A DNA stretch of 64,000 nucleotides, from assembly GCA_013265495.1 (NCBI GenBank), contig MU058781.1, forward strand, positions 6,166,522 to 6,230,521, given 5' to 3'. The notes under the pieces were generated by a model. It had not been told where the DNA came from and made no database searches. It was given only the letters and a program-made list of their open reading frames with translations. This DNA is from Vicugna vicugna. Taxonomy: Eukaryota. The stretch's first letter is position 1, and every line of letters starts with the position of its first letter. Position numbers and translations under genes: made by a program. This document shows positions 51,725 to 64,000 of the stretch, piece after piece.

Positions 51725-52560
51725 GGTTTTTTTTCCCACTACAGTATAGTTTCTGTACAATATTATATAAGTTATAGGTGTACAATATAGTGATTCACAA
51801 TTTTGAAAGGCTATACCCTATTTGTAGTTATTATAAAATATTGGCTATATTCCCTGTGTTGTACAATATATCCTTGTAGCTTATTTTATATCTAATAGTT
51901 TGTACCTCTAACTCTCCTACCTTTACATTCCCCCTCCCCCTTCCCTCTCCTCACTGGTAACCACTAATTTGTTCTCTAGATCTGTGAATCTGCTTCTTCT
52001 TTGTTATATTCAGTAGTTTGTTGTATTTTTTAGATTCTACATATAAATGATAACATACAGTATTTGTCTTTCCCTGTCTGACTTATTTCATTTAGCGCAA
52101 TGCCCTCCAAGTCCATCTATGTTGTTGCAAATGGCAAGATTTCATTCTTTTTCTTGGCTGAGTAGTATTCCATTGTGCATATATACCACATCTTCTTTAT
52201 CCATTCGTTTGTTGGACACTGAGGTTGTTTCCATATCTTGACAATTGTAAAAGGCACTATTGTGAACATTGGGGTGCACGTATCTTTTTGAATTAGTGTT
52301 TTTGTTTTTTTCGGATACATACCCAGGAGTGGAATTGCTGGATCAAGTGGTAGCTCTAGTTTTGGTTTTCTGAGGAAACTCGATACTGTTTTCCATAGTG
52401 GCTGCACCAATGTACATTCTCACCAACAGTGTAGGAGGGTTCCCTTTTCTCCACATCTTCACCAACATTGTTATTTTTGTTCTTTTTGATGATAGCCATT
52501 CTGACAGGTGTGGGGTAATATCTTACTGTAGTCTTGATTTGCATTTCTCTGATGATTAAG
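51725..52560 (-). mobile_element. 5'-truncated L1 (ORF2 C-terminus and 3'UTR)
   Basis: Minus ORFs give [29 protein letters not shown]...WYICTMEYYSA and [25 protein letters not shown]. Confidence 0.92.
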
Positions 52561-54740
52561 GAACTATATTTACAGTACATTTCCAGTTCTTGCCTCCTGG
52601 CCTTTGTATTATTACTGCTGTCATATACTGTACTTTTACATATGTGTTATTCACATACTTTCACCTGCTCTGTTATTATTTTTGTTTAAGCAATCAATTG
52701 TCTTTTAAAGAGATTTAAATGGTGGGAAACATTCCTTTCTCTCTATGCATATAGTTACCATTTCCAGTGCTCTCACTCCTTTGTATATACATCCCTAGTT
52801 CTGTCTGGTACCATTATTCTTCTGCCTGTAGGACTTCCTTTTCCATTTCTAATATGAGTCTGCTGGTGATAAGTTCTTTTAACTTTGGTGCATCTGGAAA
52901 AGTTTGTTTTGCCTTTGTTTTTGAAAGATTAGTTCGTAGGATATAAAATTATAAGTTGCCACTTTTTTCCGGTATTTTAAGATGCTTCACATTCTGCAGT
53001 TCCTCTGCACATAGCAGGGTTTCTTCACCTGCTATTATGATGGTCTCGTCATCGCTGGTTTTGATTGGCTGCTTATGATGTCCTTTGATGTCATTTTCTT
53101 TATCTTCTTGTGCTGCAGATTCCTTGAGCATCTTGGATCTGTGGGTTTATAGTTTTCATCAAATTTGGAATTTAGGGTCATTATTTTTTCAAAATTTTGC
53201 CTGTCCCACCACCCTCTTTTCTCTCCTCTTTTTTGGGAACTCCAATTAGAGATATTCTAGGATGTGTGAGGTTGGCCCTCAGTTCACTGATACTCTGTTC
53301 ATTTTTTGCTTTTAGTCTTTTTTCTCTGTGTTTCTTTTGGAATAGTTTCTATTGCCGTGTCTTCAAGTTCACTCGTTTTTTCTTCTGCAATGGCTAACTG
53401 GTCATTGCAATGGGCTAAATGTTTGTGTCATCCTCCAAAATTCATATGTTGAAATCTTAACCCCCAGTGTGATGGCATTAGGAGCTAGAGCCTTGGCAGG
53501 TGATTGGGTCATGAGGATGGAGCTAATGAATAGGATTAGTGTCCTTATAAGAGAGACTGCAGAGAGCTCTCCATCTTCTTTCCACCACGTGAGAATGCAG
53601 TGAGAATTCTGCAACCAGGAGAGGGCTCTCCTCAGAATCCAACCATGCTGGTACCTTGATCTCAGACTTCTTGCCTCCAGAACTAGGAGAAATAAACTTC
53701 TTATTTATAAGCCACCCAGTCTATGGTATTTCATTCTAGCATCCTGAGTGGATTAAGACTGTCATTAACCCATTCAGTATATTTTTTAAAATCTCTGACA
53801 TTGCATTTTTCATCTGTAAAAGTTCATTTTGGGTCTTTCCTGTCTCTGCTTAACATGATTGATCTTTCCTTCAGCTCTGAACATACAGACTAGAGTAATA
53901 ATAAGTTGTAATGCCTTTGTCTGCTAATTCCAGCATCTGTGTTAGTTTTGGGTCTGTTTTGATTGGCTTATTTTTCTCCTAAATGTGGATCATATTTTCC
54001 TGTTTCTTTGTATGTCTGGTCCATTTTTTATTAGATGTCTGACATGATCGATTTTACCTTGTTGGGTCCTGGATAGTTTTACGTTTCTGTAAATATTCCT
54101 GAACTCTGGGATGCAATTCCATTACTTGGACACAGTTTCAGACATTGCTTTGATAGGGGCGACCATAGTGATGCTTAGTGAAGGGCTAATTTTTCCCTAG
54201 CACTAAGGACCTTCTGAGTACTCTGACCCATGCCTCCTGAGGTTTTCTAGTCTGACTGGTGAGAACAGGCACTGTGAGCACTCTGAGCACCATTCCCTCT
54301 GATCCATTTGGGCAGTTCTTTCCCAGCCTTGGGCAGCTTTCCCGTATGCCTGTGCGGATTAGAACCCTACTGAGTACTCAAGGGGACCCTGTGCAGAGTC
54401 CAGAGTTCTGTCTGTCTCTGCTCAGGTACTTTGCCCCACAAACTCTAGCCACCTTTTCTCTCCCTGAACTCTCAGCATCTTCTCAGTTCGAGGACTGCAC
54501 TCCCTCTTGGGGTTCTCCTTCCCCACACCACCATCTGGAATCTTTCTCCAGGCACTTAGCTAAAGGTAATTGTAGGCTCACTCTGTTTGGTCTCCATCTC
54601 TCAGGGACCACTGTCCTCCACTGCCTGATGCCCACTGTCTTAAAAGCCACTGTTTCACATATTTTGTTTTTAATTGTTTCTAGTGGGAGAGTGACTCTGG
54701 TCCTTATTACTCGATCTCAACTGAAAGTCTAGCTGCATCA
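52560..54740 (-). mobile_element. Old L1 5'/ORF1-side sequence interrupted by MLT1A
   Basis: Antisense L1 motifs (tcttggatctgtgggtttatagttttcatcaaatttgga, gtcttcaagttcact). Confidence 0.65.
53406..53760 (+). mobile_element. MaLR solo LTR (MLT1A-like)
   Basis: Perfect 5-bp TSD GTCAT (53401-53405 and 53761-53765); caaaattcatatgttgaaatcttaaccccc; gcctccagaactaggagaaataaa. Confidence 0.88.
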
Positions 54741-55749
54741 TGTTACATCAGGGAAAAGGGAAAAAGGTTGGGGACATCATTTTACTAAATTTCTTGGAGC
54801 TGTCAGGACATATAATAATCATGCCATTGAGATAATTTTTCTGTTTTTTGAAATATATTACAGACTGAGGGAAGAGGACAGGGAGATGCCTCCTTTTTCG
54901 TCTTGTGGCAACTTTGAAGAATTCTTTGCTTTTTTTCCCTAACAGAATGGGAAATACAGAATTTTTAAATGGTTGCTAAATTTAATTCCACCCAAGCTAA
55001 ATGTTTAAAAGGATAACAAGCTGACTATTTCTCTCCAGCAGTTTGAAGGGACATCACACCTGCTCTGAACAAAAGTACAATTTTACTGCATTGTGCAGTG
55101 TCCTTTGAAACCAAGATTCTCCCTGCTAGGTGAGCATCACTGCTGATATCACTGTCAAGATCTATCACTGTTGCCGTTTCAGCACTTAGCTGGTAAATAA
55201 TCAGTCTAATTAATAGTCTGCTGGGATTAACTCTGGAAGAGGAATAAGAATAAACTCAGCAGGAAAGTTAAAGGCTTGCCCACTGTGGACAGTGCTTCAA
55301 TTACTTGTTTCAGTTTTCCGGATACTGCCCTGAAAGACATGGATGGAGCTGTTAGTGATAAACCCTGTCAGGGGAGGAGACTGTTACCTGCTGCCGTGCT
55401 TCTGGAGCACATCACTGTCTGGGTACCATCTCGGGTTCCCCATCGATACTAACACCTCCCGCTTATAAAATAAAATACGTTTGGAGAAAACATGGGGGAT
55501 TTTGTCATGAAATATAGTATGCTCCTCTGCTGAGTGCTAGAGAAACTCTGCTAAGGGAGGAAGAAACAGGAGGATTCATGCAGGCGAGGCAGACAGAGGA
55601 CCATTGGCTGTAACCATATCCTGGGCCCATAGGTTGATAAATGAGCCCCCTTCTGACTCTCAGGCACCTTTTACAATGTGTGCACGACCTCCCCGAGAAC
55701 AAGAACTAGTTGGTACTCCTCCTGTGGTTTCACCAGGTCCTACGAGCAA

Positions 55750-56195
55750 TGATGCTGACATTAGCTGCCTCTCTGACCTGATCCCTATATTCTCCTAACT
55801 CCTGGGCAGCCACACTGGACTCCAGGCTCTCCCTTGCATATTCTGAGCAAGCTCTTCTGCAAGGCAATCTTACTGACCATTCTCTCTGCTTAGACCACCC
55901 CACATCCCTCCATCCACAGGGGTCATTTCCCCTCCACCTCTCCTGACCCCCTAATCTAAAATTACACGAGCCCTTCAGTTACTTCTGTCCTCTTCTGAGC
56001 TTTATTTTCCTGCACAGCACCTTCTACCACCTCCCAGGGTATATGTCTACTCTTTTGTTTATTCCATTGCCCCTCCAGACTATAAGCTACATGAAGGCAG
56101 GGACTTTGTTTTGATTTCTCCTGTACCCTCAGCACCTGGGACAGTGCCTTGTGCATAGTAGGAGCTCAATAAATATTTCTTGAATGAATAAGTAA
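55750..56195 (+). mobile_element. L2 3' end
   Basis: agactataagctacatgaaggcagggact...catagtaggagctcaataaatatttcttgaatgaat. Confidence 0.85.
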
Positions 56196-56957
56196 GCAAA
56201 CACATTGAACACATGGCAGGTTATATAAATGTGTGTGGATGATAAGAAAATTGGCTTGGTTAGGTGAAAGTAACAAATAATGTTTGGCTATAAACTAACA
56301 TTCAATACATCAGACAACTGGAGATGCCACAGGAGCCCGTACGAATGGGATCACCTAGGATGCCTGAGTAGCAGTCTAGGAAGGTGATGAAGGATTCATG
56401 AGAAAAACTGAGGCAAGTTAGGTCTGGGACACTTCCCCGAGAAAGAATGAGCAAGAGGAGCTTCTGGAAGGACACAGCCTCAATCATGGATCCTGCAAAT
56501 CATCCCGTACCTGGCCAATGTAACCTCCACGGAGAGTGGAACAGCACAGCCTTTTTAAACCCACACAGTTGCTTAATATTAGCACCAGAAAGTGAGGTGG
56601 CAGGTACCTAAACACATACGCAAATTAACCATCAGCTGCCACTCAGGACCGCTTACAAAACTGAGCTGGAGTTTAGCGTTACAACTCGAGCTGGCATTTT
56701 AAACACAGGCCATTTTTTTTTTAAGAATGAATGACATTTTTTTCATTTTAGGTCCACAGCATCTCCCTGACCCCTCTACTCTTTTAAGGGTTGTCCCTAA
56801 AAGAATTCCACCCGCCAACCCTTGGCTGAAAGGTATGGCTGAAGCAGGTGTTATCATAGGCCCACTGTGGGCTCAGCAGAGCACCTGATACTTAGTAGGT
56901 GTCCAGTCGGTGTTTGGAAAATTCAATGGAAAGGAGCCATTTCTGCAAGCAATGGCA

Positions 56958-56976
56958 CTGGCGCCCCCTGGTGTGT
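56958..56976 (-). promoter_or_regulatory. CTCF core motif
   Basis: Plus strand ctggcgccccctggtgtgt reads acaCACCAGGGGGCGCcag on minus. Confidence 0.65.
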
Positions 56977-57914
56977 GGATGAAGCACATTCAGGAGCAGA
57001 GGAATCAAGTTCCTCTTCCCCAGTGGAAGCCAGTCAAGATCTTTCTCAATACTCACACACTTCTTTGTTTGGGAAAGTTGTCCTAACCTCTCCCCTTAAT
57101 AAACAGTCTCTCTCTCCCTCTTTCCCTCTCTCCCTCTCTCTCTCTCCTTCCCCCATCCCTAACCCCCAACAGCAATATTGGTACCTGAGTTTCAGTCTTC
57201 ACAGAGAGAGAAATCGGTAGCAGCTTCGCTGCGATTATTCTCCTGGAGAGACTCAACAGACTTTCTAGGGGAGAAGAGCTGTAATTTCCCTCCATGTAAT
57301 TTTGACTATCAGTCCCTCACTGCAGCTTGTTCAGGAAGGGAGAGCAGGCAGCTGGCTGGAGCTGCTGTAATTGTAGCGTCTGATCAAAGACAAGACCGAG
57401 GGAAGGAGGGCAAAGCAGGGAATCATGGGGCTTGCGTGAACCCCACCCGCTCAGAAGGGGGCTTCTCCAGAAGAAAGAAAATTGGCAACCTCCTCTGTGA
57501 AGAGGGCAATGCTTGTGTTCGGTTGGTGGTAAATGACAAGATATACTTGCACTCTTTTTTTTTTTTTGATCTTCCTAGCACTTTGGGACTTGATGCATCA
57601 GGCTAGAGGGCAGCTGAACTGTCCTTGTGGGTCCAAAACTGAGATATAATCAAGTTTGTGGTTAAAACCAAACCAAACCAAACAAAAAAGCTAATCTCCT
57701 TCAAAAGCCAGCTTATCCAGCAACAATTGTTTTTTTCATTTGCAGTGATGTTCATTTGATAAAGTTATGGCCTCTCAGAATTTAGAATTTTATCTCCTTA
57801 ATGAACAAAAATAGGTGAACTCTAAATGTCAAAATATAGTCTTAATCATCTTAAGTGCCATGAATTGTATAATCACTGTGGGTGAGTGAAGCATTTGCCA
57901 TGCCTATGTATTTA

Positions 57915-58270
57915 TTTTTTTCTTTTTAATCCTCCCAGTAACCCTAGGAGGTAGGTATTATTGCTATCTCCCATTTTAAAGATGAGTACACTGAGACTTA
58001 GGAAGGAGAAATCATTTCCCCAGGTCAAAGGGGAAACCAGATCAGTCTTCTCCGAAGCCCAGATTCTTCTCCCCTGTGCTCTCTGCAATGCGACATGCAT
58101 TCCTATGCATATGAATAACTCCAGATGCTTCTTAAAAATGCAGATTCTGGGGCACCAACCTCGGAGATTTTGATCCAGTACATTTGTTCAGGTCACTGGG
58201 AATTTGCATTTATGACAGGCCACAGGTTATTTTGAAATAGACGCTACATTACCTCACTTTGGATGCTCCA
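57915..58270. mobile_element. MIR (minus, ~57915-58090) followed by a MER5A-like MITE (~58100-58270)
   Basis: cccattttaaagatgagtacactgagac; ttaaaaatgcagattctgggg...ggaatttgcattt. Confidence 0.7.
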
Positions 58271-59854
58271 GGGGCTTAAAATATTCAGCATCTCCTAGTC
58301 GAGTCCTTTTATTAGGAGAGCAAGGAGCTGGCCTGCAGAGGTTAAGTAACTTCTGGAGGCCAGTCCACTCTCAAGCCAGCTGGCCCAGCATTCTTTCCAC
58401 CACATTCCAGTGGAGCAAACATTCAAGTCTCTTAGAGAGCTTTGTTCTTCGCCTCGTCTTTCAGTTCTGCAAGCAGTCGAACTCCCCTGGAGCGTCAAAC
58501 AATATGTTCAAGGCCAGCCCGGAAAAAAAATCACACCACTCATTCGAAAAGTCTCAGTGCTTCGTGCCCACGTACTGCCAAAATTGGAAGCAGTGAGAAT
58601 CACTGCAATATTACTTTTCTTTAATTGTGAGAACATCGGTGTGTGAAAATTGCCATGTGTAACCTTAAGAGCTGTTGCAGCTTTCTAAAAAGCAAGCTTG
58701 CCTTTCCAACTGCCATTCAGCCAGGACTGGTGTTCCGTTTACACATCCTTGCGAAGCTCTCGGCTCAAGATCAGACCCACCTTAACACCTACCTGCGGTT
58801 CAGAACTGGTTCCGAAGCATAGATGTAAATAGAAGGCTTATGTTGCTGGGGGATTATTACGGCTCCATTTCCTGCAAAGCTGCCCGTCACTGAGCTCTTC
58901 CTCTGAGACTGGCGTTTTCTGTCTGTATTTACCCAGTTTGGGTTGCAGGAGCCAACATCAAGATTGGTGGCTTCGTGCCAAAGTTTGGCAAACAATTGCT
59001 CCCCTGTTTGAGGACTTATTTATTTATTTCTGAGTGTTCTCTGCGAGAACTGTCATATCAAGTTCCCAAGAGGAAGGCCTGAAATATACTGGCGCGCTGC
59101 AGTTTTACGGCCCCACCATTAATTCATCACTGGTGCCATTGCAAGCTTTCGCACGTGAATTTGCAAAAATCTCGATGATGCAAATGTGGTGTTGTGTATT
59201 TTTTTTAAATATTATTCGGGTACAACTTTCCTTGACGAATAGTAGTTTTCTTTATCACACAACCGTTCCCAGACAGATTTGTGAGTTTTCTAAATGTGCT
59301 TGGTCCTGTTACTCAGGCAACCTGCACCCAGCGGATTCCTGAGATAGAAACTTCAGAGGCTGCTCACATCTGAGCCACACGGTGTGTGCGTGAAGGGGAG
59401 GACTGTTTTCCAGAAATACAATGTTTGGGTTGAAGTGTCTGACAAAGGGACATGGAGAACCAGGACGCTATGGGGTTTTTAAAGCAGTTCTTTAAACTCA
59501 GGATGACACTCGAAATACCACCCCATTTCTTACAATCTGGTGCTCTATTTTCTTCTTGCAGAAGCTGCGTCTCAGGATGCAAAACAGCAGAGAGCACAGG
59601 GAAGTTTTATTCCCGACCCCAGAGCCATCCTATTGAACAGGGCACTCTATCTAAAAAGGGAGGGTTTTAGCAGCTGAACGAAGCCGCTTGACAAAATGTT
59701 TTGCGGGCCTGGGACCTGGGGGTTGTTAGTTATGGGTTGTCATTATTTCCTGGGAGTTTTTTGCCCTTCTGGAAGCTGTACAAACTCTTCCAGGCCGTTT
59801 GGGTTCCACAGAATTATTTCATACCTTTGTGGGAATTACTTTATCATTTTAAAT

Positions 59855-60190
59855 CTGAGAGCAGCAAACATTTTCTGGAAAAGGCCAGATAATAATATTT
59901 TCAGCTTTGCAGGCCATATGGTCTCTGTCACAGCCACTCAACTGCCATTGCAGCACAGAAACAACCAGAGATAATGAGTGAACCAAGGGGAGTGTCTGCG
60001 TTCCAATAAAACTTTATTTATTATGGACACTGAAACTTGGATGCCATGTAATTTTCATGAGTCACTAATTAATGTTCTTTTTTTTTTCCTATGTTTTTCA
60101 ACCATTTAAAATCCATTCTTAGTTCATGTGTCAGATAAAGACAGGCAGTGGCCTGGGTTTGGCCAGTGGGCCATGGTTTTCCTATCCTTG
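59855..60190 (+). mobile_element. MER58B-like hAT-Charlie MITE
   Basis: cagcaaacattttctggaaaaggccagataataatattttcagctttgcaggccatatggtctctgtcacagccactcaact...ttccaataaaactttattta. Confidence 0.85.
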
Positions 60191-61549
60191 CTTTAAGCCA
60201 ATTGGCTGATAGAATACAAATACCAACATAGCCATCAGCTTCCTTCATTTATCTAATCCTCAGCAAGCACTCAAAAATGTCAGCTGTTACTGTAATAGCG
60301 TGTCAGTTGGGACACATTTGAGACTGCAGATCAGCACATAATTTTTGTACCCAGAGGAGGAATGCTGGTAAACTCTGGATTTTGTGGTGGGATCAGAACT
60401 GATTTCTCTGATGTCCCACCTCTTAGAAAAGCCTGGAGTCTGAACTGAAATTGGAGAGTTTTGCATGTGAAATCTGAAACCCCTGGGCAGCGCGGTACGG
60501 ACTCCCTGCCCTGATACACTGATGTTCCCAGTGCAGGGGGGAGATGCCTCTGCTCTCGGGTTTTCCTGCCATCCCTGGAGGATCAGCTTTTTCTCAGAAT
60601 AGAAGAAGAAAAACTAACTCCAAAGATTGGGTGATGGCTAGTAAGGATTTTCTTTCCTTCTTCACTCTGACCTGCTAACTCACAAAGATCCCTTCTCTAC
60701 CAGGATAAGAAGCTGGCGCGGCATTTGGGCTCCTAGCTCTAACTTTGCGTAGTAAAGGTGCTTTGTAGATCGAGAGTACCTTGATAAAACGAAGCCAGTG
60801 TTTCTTTTCCTCTCTGCTTGATTGTCTAATGGACTTCATTTTATTCTTCTCTGTCACTTTCCTCCTCGAGTCTTTCTCCTTCCTTCCATTTTCCTTTCTC
60901 CTGTCTCTTTTTTGGAAGTAATGATTTGATATTCTGATGCATTCTAGACCCTTCCAGTGACATTCTAGACCCTTCCAACAGTGACAGAACCTCTGGGAGC
61001 TTTTCAGAAATGTGGGATTTGGGGCCCCACCCCAAATCTGTTGAATCATAATCTGCATTTTAACAAGATCTCTGTGAAGTCTGAGGGGCACCAGTCCTTG
61101 AATGGCCTCATTGCTCCAGAGGAAAAAGCTCAAGACAAACCTCGGGATGAAATAGATTCTGGAGAGAAGCAGAGTTGACCTTCTGGAGATTATTCAGAAC
61201 TGAAGAGAAAAGTCAGACTTTCAAGTGAGCAAGTGATGGCCCTACTCTCGTGAGAATGAAAGGATTTTTCGCTCTAGCAGTCTTCAAGGTGGAAACGGGT
61301 TATCCAGGACCAGAGCAGGAGAGTTAAGGGCGCAGAACTTAGAGCCTCAGTGTAGCGCCCCAGCTCCAGTGAAAGGAAGCTTACAAGCACACATCCTGTG
61401 GCTCGGGCTAGGGGTGACAGAGGCCACTTCACTCCAGGGAGAGATCAGAGGAGAGTGAACAGGGCAGTGCCATTCTTTAGCATTCTGGAATACGAGGGAA
61501 AAGATAGGATACTGGTGCGTTCTCTGGGGCTGGGGGTGGGGGTGAGGAG

Positions 61550-61902
61550 AAAGCCCTGATTTGTAGCATTTATCAGATTTCGTGGGGTGCATATTCCTAT
61601 CTTGGCTGATTTCCAACTATCAATGTGATGTCACTGAAGGTGGAGTTGGGAAGAGACACAGGGGAGCACACCATACAGATACAATAGATGTAAATAAACT
61701 CAAAACATAGTAACAGTAAGTTGTAGTACAATAATTAGGAACTAATAAGTTGTGTTTATTACCTTTGCTTTTAATATAACTAAGTTAATTGTGAGTTTAT
61801 ATAGTTTAATTTTTAATAATGGTTGTGTTGAACAACTAGGTCCAAATATTCCTGAGAACTGGCTCTCATGAGATGGTATGAGCAGGTTTCAGCCCACCCC
61901 TG
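61550..61902 (-). mobile_element. MER63-like hAT-Blackjack element
   Basis: agccctgatttgtagc...gagttgggaagaga...atacagatacaatagatgtaaataa...tttaataatggttgtgttgaacaac. Confidence 0.75.
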
Positions 61903-63159
61903 AAAAAAGAGTGCTTTCACAACTTTGCCCTGAAAATCATAGGATGCTTCAAAAGATACCTGCATAGCACATCTGGGTATTGTTCATTCACACTGATGTC
62001 CTAGCAAACCTCTGTACACCAGCTGCCTTAGGGGGAAAAATGGTCGGCAGTATTTTACTCTTAGGGTTCATCCTACAAACTTTCACTAGACATTCTCAGG
62101 AACATTTTATAGGCATTCTCTGTGTTGAGTTCTCCTAGTTGAGAATTTTCCAGTTTCCAGTTGGAACATTTCATGTGACTTACTACACCCATGAATTCAT
62201 ACGTTCAGAGATGTGCCCCAAAACACCATTTTAGCCTTGTTTCATCTCTTCATTCACAAATTTTTATTGCTTGTTGCTCAATAATCATAATGCTTTGACT
62301 TGAGTTTCATCCTATCTTCCGTCGTCTTCAGTTTTAGTCAAAGGAAGATTGACAGATAGCATCATGACAACAGAAAGGAGAATGAAACGAGGTTAAATGC
62401 TATAAAGCAAAATAATCAGCTTCCTATAACAGAGCTGACCATTAATTTTCTTAGCAGGAGCCAGCACTTTTACTACATTTCCGAGAATCCTTACTAGTAT
62501 TTTCCTGGTGTTTTGGATGCGTGGAACTGAGTCAGGCCACCTGGTTCGTTATCCCAGATCCCTCATTGGCTGGTCCCGCACCCCCCACACACACACCTCC
62601 CATCTAATCGCTCAACCTCTCTGAGCCTAAGTGTGCAGCCTGTAAAACAAGGGACTGAGAGATGACGTCTAAGTCCCTTTCAGCTCTTTTAAAAAATATA
62701 TTATTCTGGAAAATAAGAATTAATTGAAAATCAGATAAAAAGAGAAAAATCGAAGAAAGAACAACTTGTTGCACATTTGGGCAGTCCGCCTGGTCTGTCT
62801 TTAATGATGGATGACACCGTTTTAGTTCTCTGAGAGAAATACACACACACCTCCACCCTCTTCCCTTACAAGGTAACATCGCAAAACGCATCTTCCATAA
62901 AAATGTTTTGCATCACCCATTTCGCGGCATCTGAGCTGTTTATGATCCTAAAAGTCTGGTTTCTTCACTGAGTGGGTTTCTGTTTGCGTAACCGTCCTCC
63001 CCAAGGTCGTCCTGCGCCCCTGCCGTCTGGTGCCATCGGGCCGCCTCCACTGCCCACCTGTCCTCGCGTGCTGCTCCCGCCGATTGGGCTCTTCTGTCGC
63101 CTTCCACGCAGTCGCCTTCTACCCCCACGGGGTCTGCAGCACAAGAGCCAGCAGCCTGA

Positions 63160-63651
<492 letters not shown>

Positions 63652-64000
63652 TGACGATTCCCACGCTTGGGGGCGCTGGAGTTGGCTGGAGCAGGGTCTG
63701 CTGGGGCTCACAGCCCGCCTGGCGGGTGGGCTGTTGGGTGGGCGGAGAGGGAGGGACTTAACTCAGCCAGCGTTTAACTGCGGTCTTAACCCGGACTCGT
63801 GCTGCTACGGGGCTAGCTTTTGTGATTCAAGAGCCCGCGAAAGTGGTCACACCCCAGGGCCCAGGCAGGAATAGTGGGATGAGCGGTGTGTTCTGCCCCG
63901 AGCAGGGTGACCGGTGATTTTCAGAGGAACCTCAAGGTTCCTGGGAGCCGCCATCTATTATTTGCTTCCGGAAAGCGGGCCCTTCGGGAATTATTTAGAG

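Noticed and set aside
54259..54732. 157-aa ORF
   Set aside because: It has a non-ATG start, lies in antisense old L1 sequence and resembles no protein I recognise.
60675..61133. 152-aa minus ORF with a repeated CHWKGLE-like peptide and a K/R/E-rich tract
   Set aside because: It is explained by a MER5A-like fragment, a 21-bp tandem duplication (60940-60984) and a pyrimidine-rich tract.
63945..63975. Third CTCF site or YY1 site (gccgccatctatta) in intron 1
   Set aside because: Only half of the CTCF core matches, and the YY1 match is short enough to occur by chance in a CpG island.

Overview
This is mammalian genomic DNA, most likely from a camelid (a tRNA-Ala-derived vic-1-like SINE at ~43.0-43.15 kb supports this). 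About 63 kb is gene-free and rich in repeats: L1, L2, MIR, MaLR/ERVL LTRs, hAT MITEs and microsatellites. The window ends in a CpG island holding the promoter and first coding exon of STMND1 (+ strand, ATG at 63520, [27 protein letters not shown], donor GT at 63601). The most structured object is a ~5.7 kb non-autonomous ERV1-class provirus (20025-25694, minus strand, GTAT target-site duplication) inside an old L1. It keeps a decayed env TM/immunosuppressive domain. Its 5' LTR is split by an unrelated plus-strand solo LTR (24714-25281, GCAT TSD) that carries a 23-24 bp periodic CCAAT-box array, two octamer sites, TATA and AATAAA. Two strong, same-orientation CTCF motifs (~49650 and ~56965) lie between this element and STMND1, and the promoter has an X-box-like site. 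I found no evidence of a new multi-gene system; nearly all ORFs in the track are chance or repeat-derived. Repeat family names come from recalled consensus features, not a search, and boundaries without TSDs are approximate.
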